The position numbers were made by a program, and so were the translations under genes. Shown here one piece after another: positions 61,894-64,000 of a DNA stretch of 64,000 nucleotides. Under the pieces are notes generated by a model. That model saw only the letters and a list, made by a program, of their open reading frames with translations. It did not search any database and was not told where the DNA came from. Every line of letters starts with the position of its first letter. Position 1 is the stretch's first letter. Source of the DNA: Phoronis australis (Eukaryota; Animalia; Phoronida); the NCBI GenBank assembly GCA_002633005.1, contig NMRA01000954.1, positions 1 to 64,000 on the forward strand. Reading direction: 5' to 3'.

Positions 61894-62949
61894 TGCCAGC
61901 TCCATATAAATCCGTTTAGATTTCTTTCGCCTTTTTTGTGCAAGGGGCATCTTGCATTCTTGCAGTGCAGACTTTTTTCCGTGCGAACTAGGCCTATATT
62001 TATTTACTATATATGAGGAACGAGACCTCAGTGAGTGGGTCTTGACCTGTAGGAGAACACTTCGTGAGTATTTTCACTTAGCAATTTACTTTTGTCTTCT
62101 ATGACTAAGTAAAATTACTTCTAATACATTATTTAAAAAGTGCCCACGTTTAAGTTGCACATCTTCTGCAAAATACGAAGTTTATATGGTTTGAAGTGTC
62201 ATATATGTTGATCAATAGAGGTCGCTAGAGGTAGAACAACAGTATTACCACTTTACCTTGTAGTGACCTATCGTCTTTGGCATTACTTAATGACAAACTG
62301 AGAAACTCATTTATGCTGCCCGCTGTAGACGCAGATTGTGCATCTATCACGGGTACCAGAGTCACGAAATCCTCGACAGGTAGATGAACAGTACCATTAA
62401 AACGGTTTAGCCCAAGTTACAACAGTTTTTTATCTTAAATCTGATCATGAAAGACGGACGTTAGAAATGTTTGCGTCAGAGTATCATTTAGTGTTTCCAG
62501 GGGTGTGGAAAAAATGATAAAATTATTGAAGATTTTATCAGTCGAGCGAAGGCTAGATTTAGGAAAATGTGTACATCATATTTTGTTCATTTTGAAAAAA
62601 CAAGTCAGGTTGTAGGGCATCATTAGAGAATACGTTTTAATACAACTGTTTTGTGTTAAAATTCATTATTTACTGATTTTAACCAAAATGAAGCCCAAAG
62701 AGTATCTTTATGGTGTCTACAGCAGCGTTACCATGGTTATGTGCTTTATGGTGTCTACAGCAGCGTTACCACAGTTATGTGGTTTTTGGTCTGAGATTTT
62801 ATACACAACATTTAATTTGAAAGGTGCCAATACCTCATTAACATTACAATCAAGAGTAACGCGCCATGTGTGCCCACCGTGTGCTTCGCATGTGTAGCGC
62901 AGATCACTATGTTAAACATTCTCACTAAAGGCAGCAATGTTAGTAAACT

Positions 62950-64000
62950 TAAAATAGCGTCTACGGGGCTCATAGCAAGTCAGCAAATTGAATGCTCTCC
63001 TGAACAGGAACACCTCTGCCAAGATCGTGCAAAGTAAAATTGTCACTAGGGGGCAACATGGTAGTGGGATACGTCCAAAAGTCGTCATCATTCGAACTAC
63101 ACTTTTCAAATTTCACAAAGATCCTGCATGAGTTTAGGAGAAACCTCTGACGACGCGAGAAAAAGCAAGACTGCCTCTGGGGATGCCAAGGCAGTGGTCG
63201 AAACTGTCCAACAATCATTGTCAGTCATACTCTTCCAATTTGAAACACATGTACCAATTTTCATAACGGTTGTTAGTGTGGATTGGCCAATAGAGAGACG
63301 GAGGCTGAAAGCATACTCAGAAATAATAAATATAAAATAGTAAAACTAGTAAAACTAAAATGACGAGCGTCGGTACTAAAATATATTAAAATATCCCCAC
63401 GTATCGAGCGATGCGCTCTTTCTCAAGGGTGTGCTACAGTCTGTAGCACACCCTTGAGAAAGAGCGCATCTTACATTTTTATTCGTCGGTAACTGCACGG
63501 CATTGCAACATCTACAGAAATAATAAAAACGGCCACTGGGAGGTACACACCACATCAGAACCATATGAAAATATGAAGGTGATATCGAATCGTTATGAAA
63601 CACCTATTTGCCAAGTTTCATAAAAATTCGACAAGGAACGCCAAAGATACAGAGGAAAACGGAAAAGAGAAAGGTGCCACTAGGGGTCACAGAAGTGCCG
63701 CCCAAACGTCTTCGTCGTCCGTTGTCACCTTCATGCAAATAAGCGCGCCAAATTAATCAAAGATCATGAGGGTTTAGGAGATACAATCATGAACGCAAAA
63801 AGAAAAGTGCCACTAGGAGGCGCCACGGTAGTCGAAGCTGTCCGAAAGTCATCTGGTCAGTCGTCCTCTTCGCAGTAGGAACATTTTTACCATTTTTCAT
63901 AATCATGCTTAGAGTGGTTTGGCCGATATATGACACAAAATACATCGAATCCACCAGAAAACGGGAAGCTGCAGCAATCTCTCTAGTAGATACAATAATT
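62950..64000 (-). mobile_element. Helentron/DINE-like copy running off the window
   Basis: Repeated CCACTAGG.GGC core units. Confidence 0.65.
63410..63470. repeat. Perfect 30-bp-arm palindrome with 1-nt spacer
   Basis: GATGCGCTCTTTCTCAAGGGTGTGCTACAG-T-CTGTAGCACACCCTTGAGAAAGAGCGCATC. Confidence 0.95.

Overview
Eukaryotic (metazoan, probably marine invertebrate/lophotrochozoan-like) genomic DNA; the supplied ORF track is mostly noise. Two complete spliced + strand genes can be reconstructed by hand with GT-AG sites and consistent phases: a 16-coding-exon RBM33 orthologue (547-27120, ~1075 aa, C-terminal RRM) and a 6-exon divergent phospholipid scramblase (40268-61893, ~245 aa). Introns and flanks are packed with mobile DNA: at least 8 copies of a Helentron/DINE-like element whose ~150-bp internal repeats each carry a CTCF-type motif, a set of CA..TG TIR elements that all have 5-bp TSDs (hAT5-like), Kolobok, piggyBac, ISL2EU-like and Tc1/mariner-like derivatives, an L1/Tx1 LINE with a solo LTR inside it, and many private minisatellites. 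Most notable: RBM33 exons that begin with a ready-made 5' splice site (recursive-splicing signature), a minisatellite built from an RBM33 splice donor, TE-borne CTCF motif arrays, and an apparent CpG-methylation domain boundary near 36.5 kb. No CRISPR, rRNA or tRNA seen.
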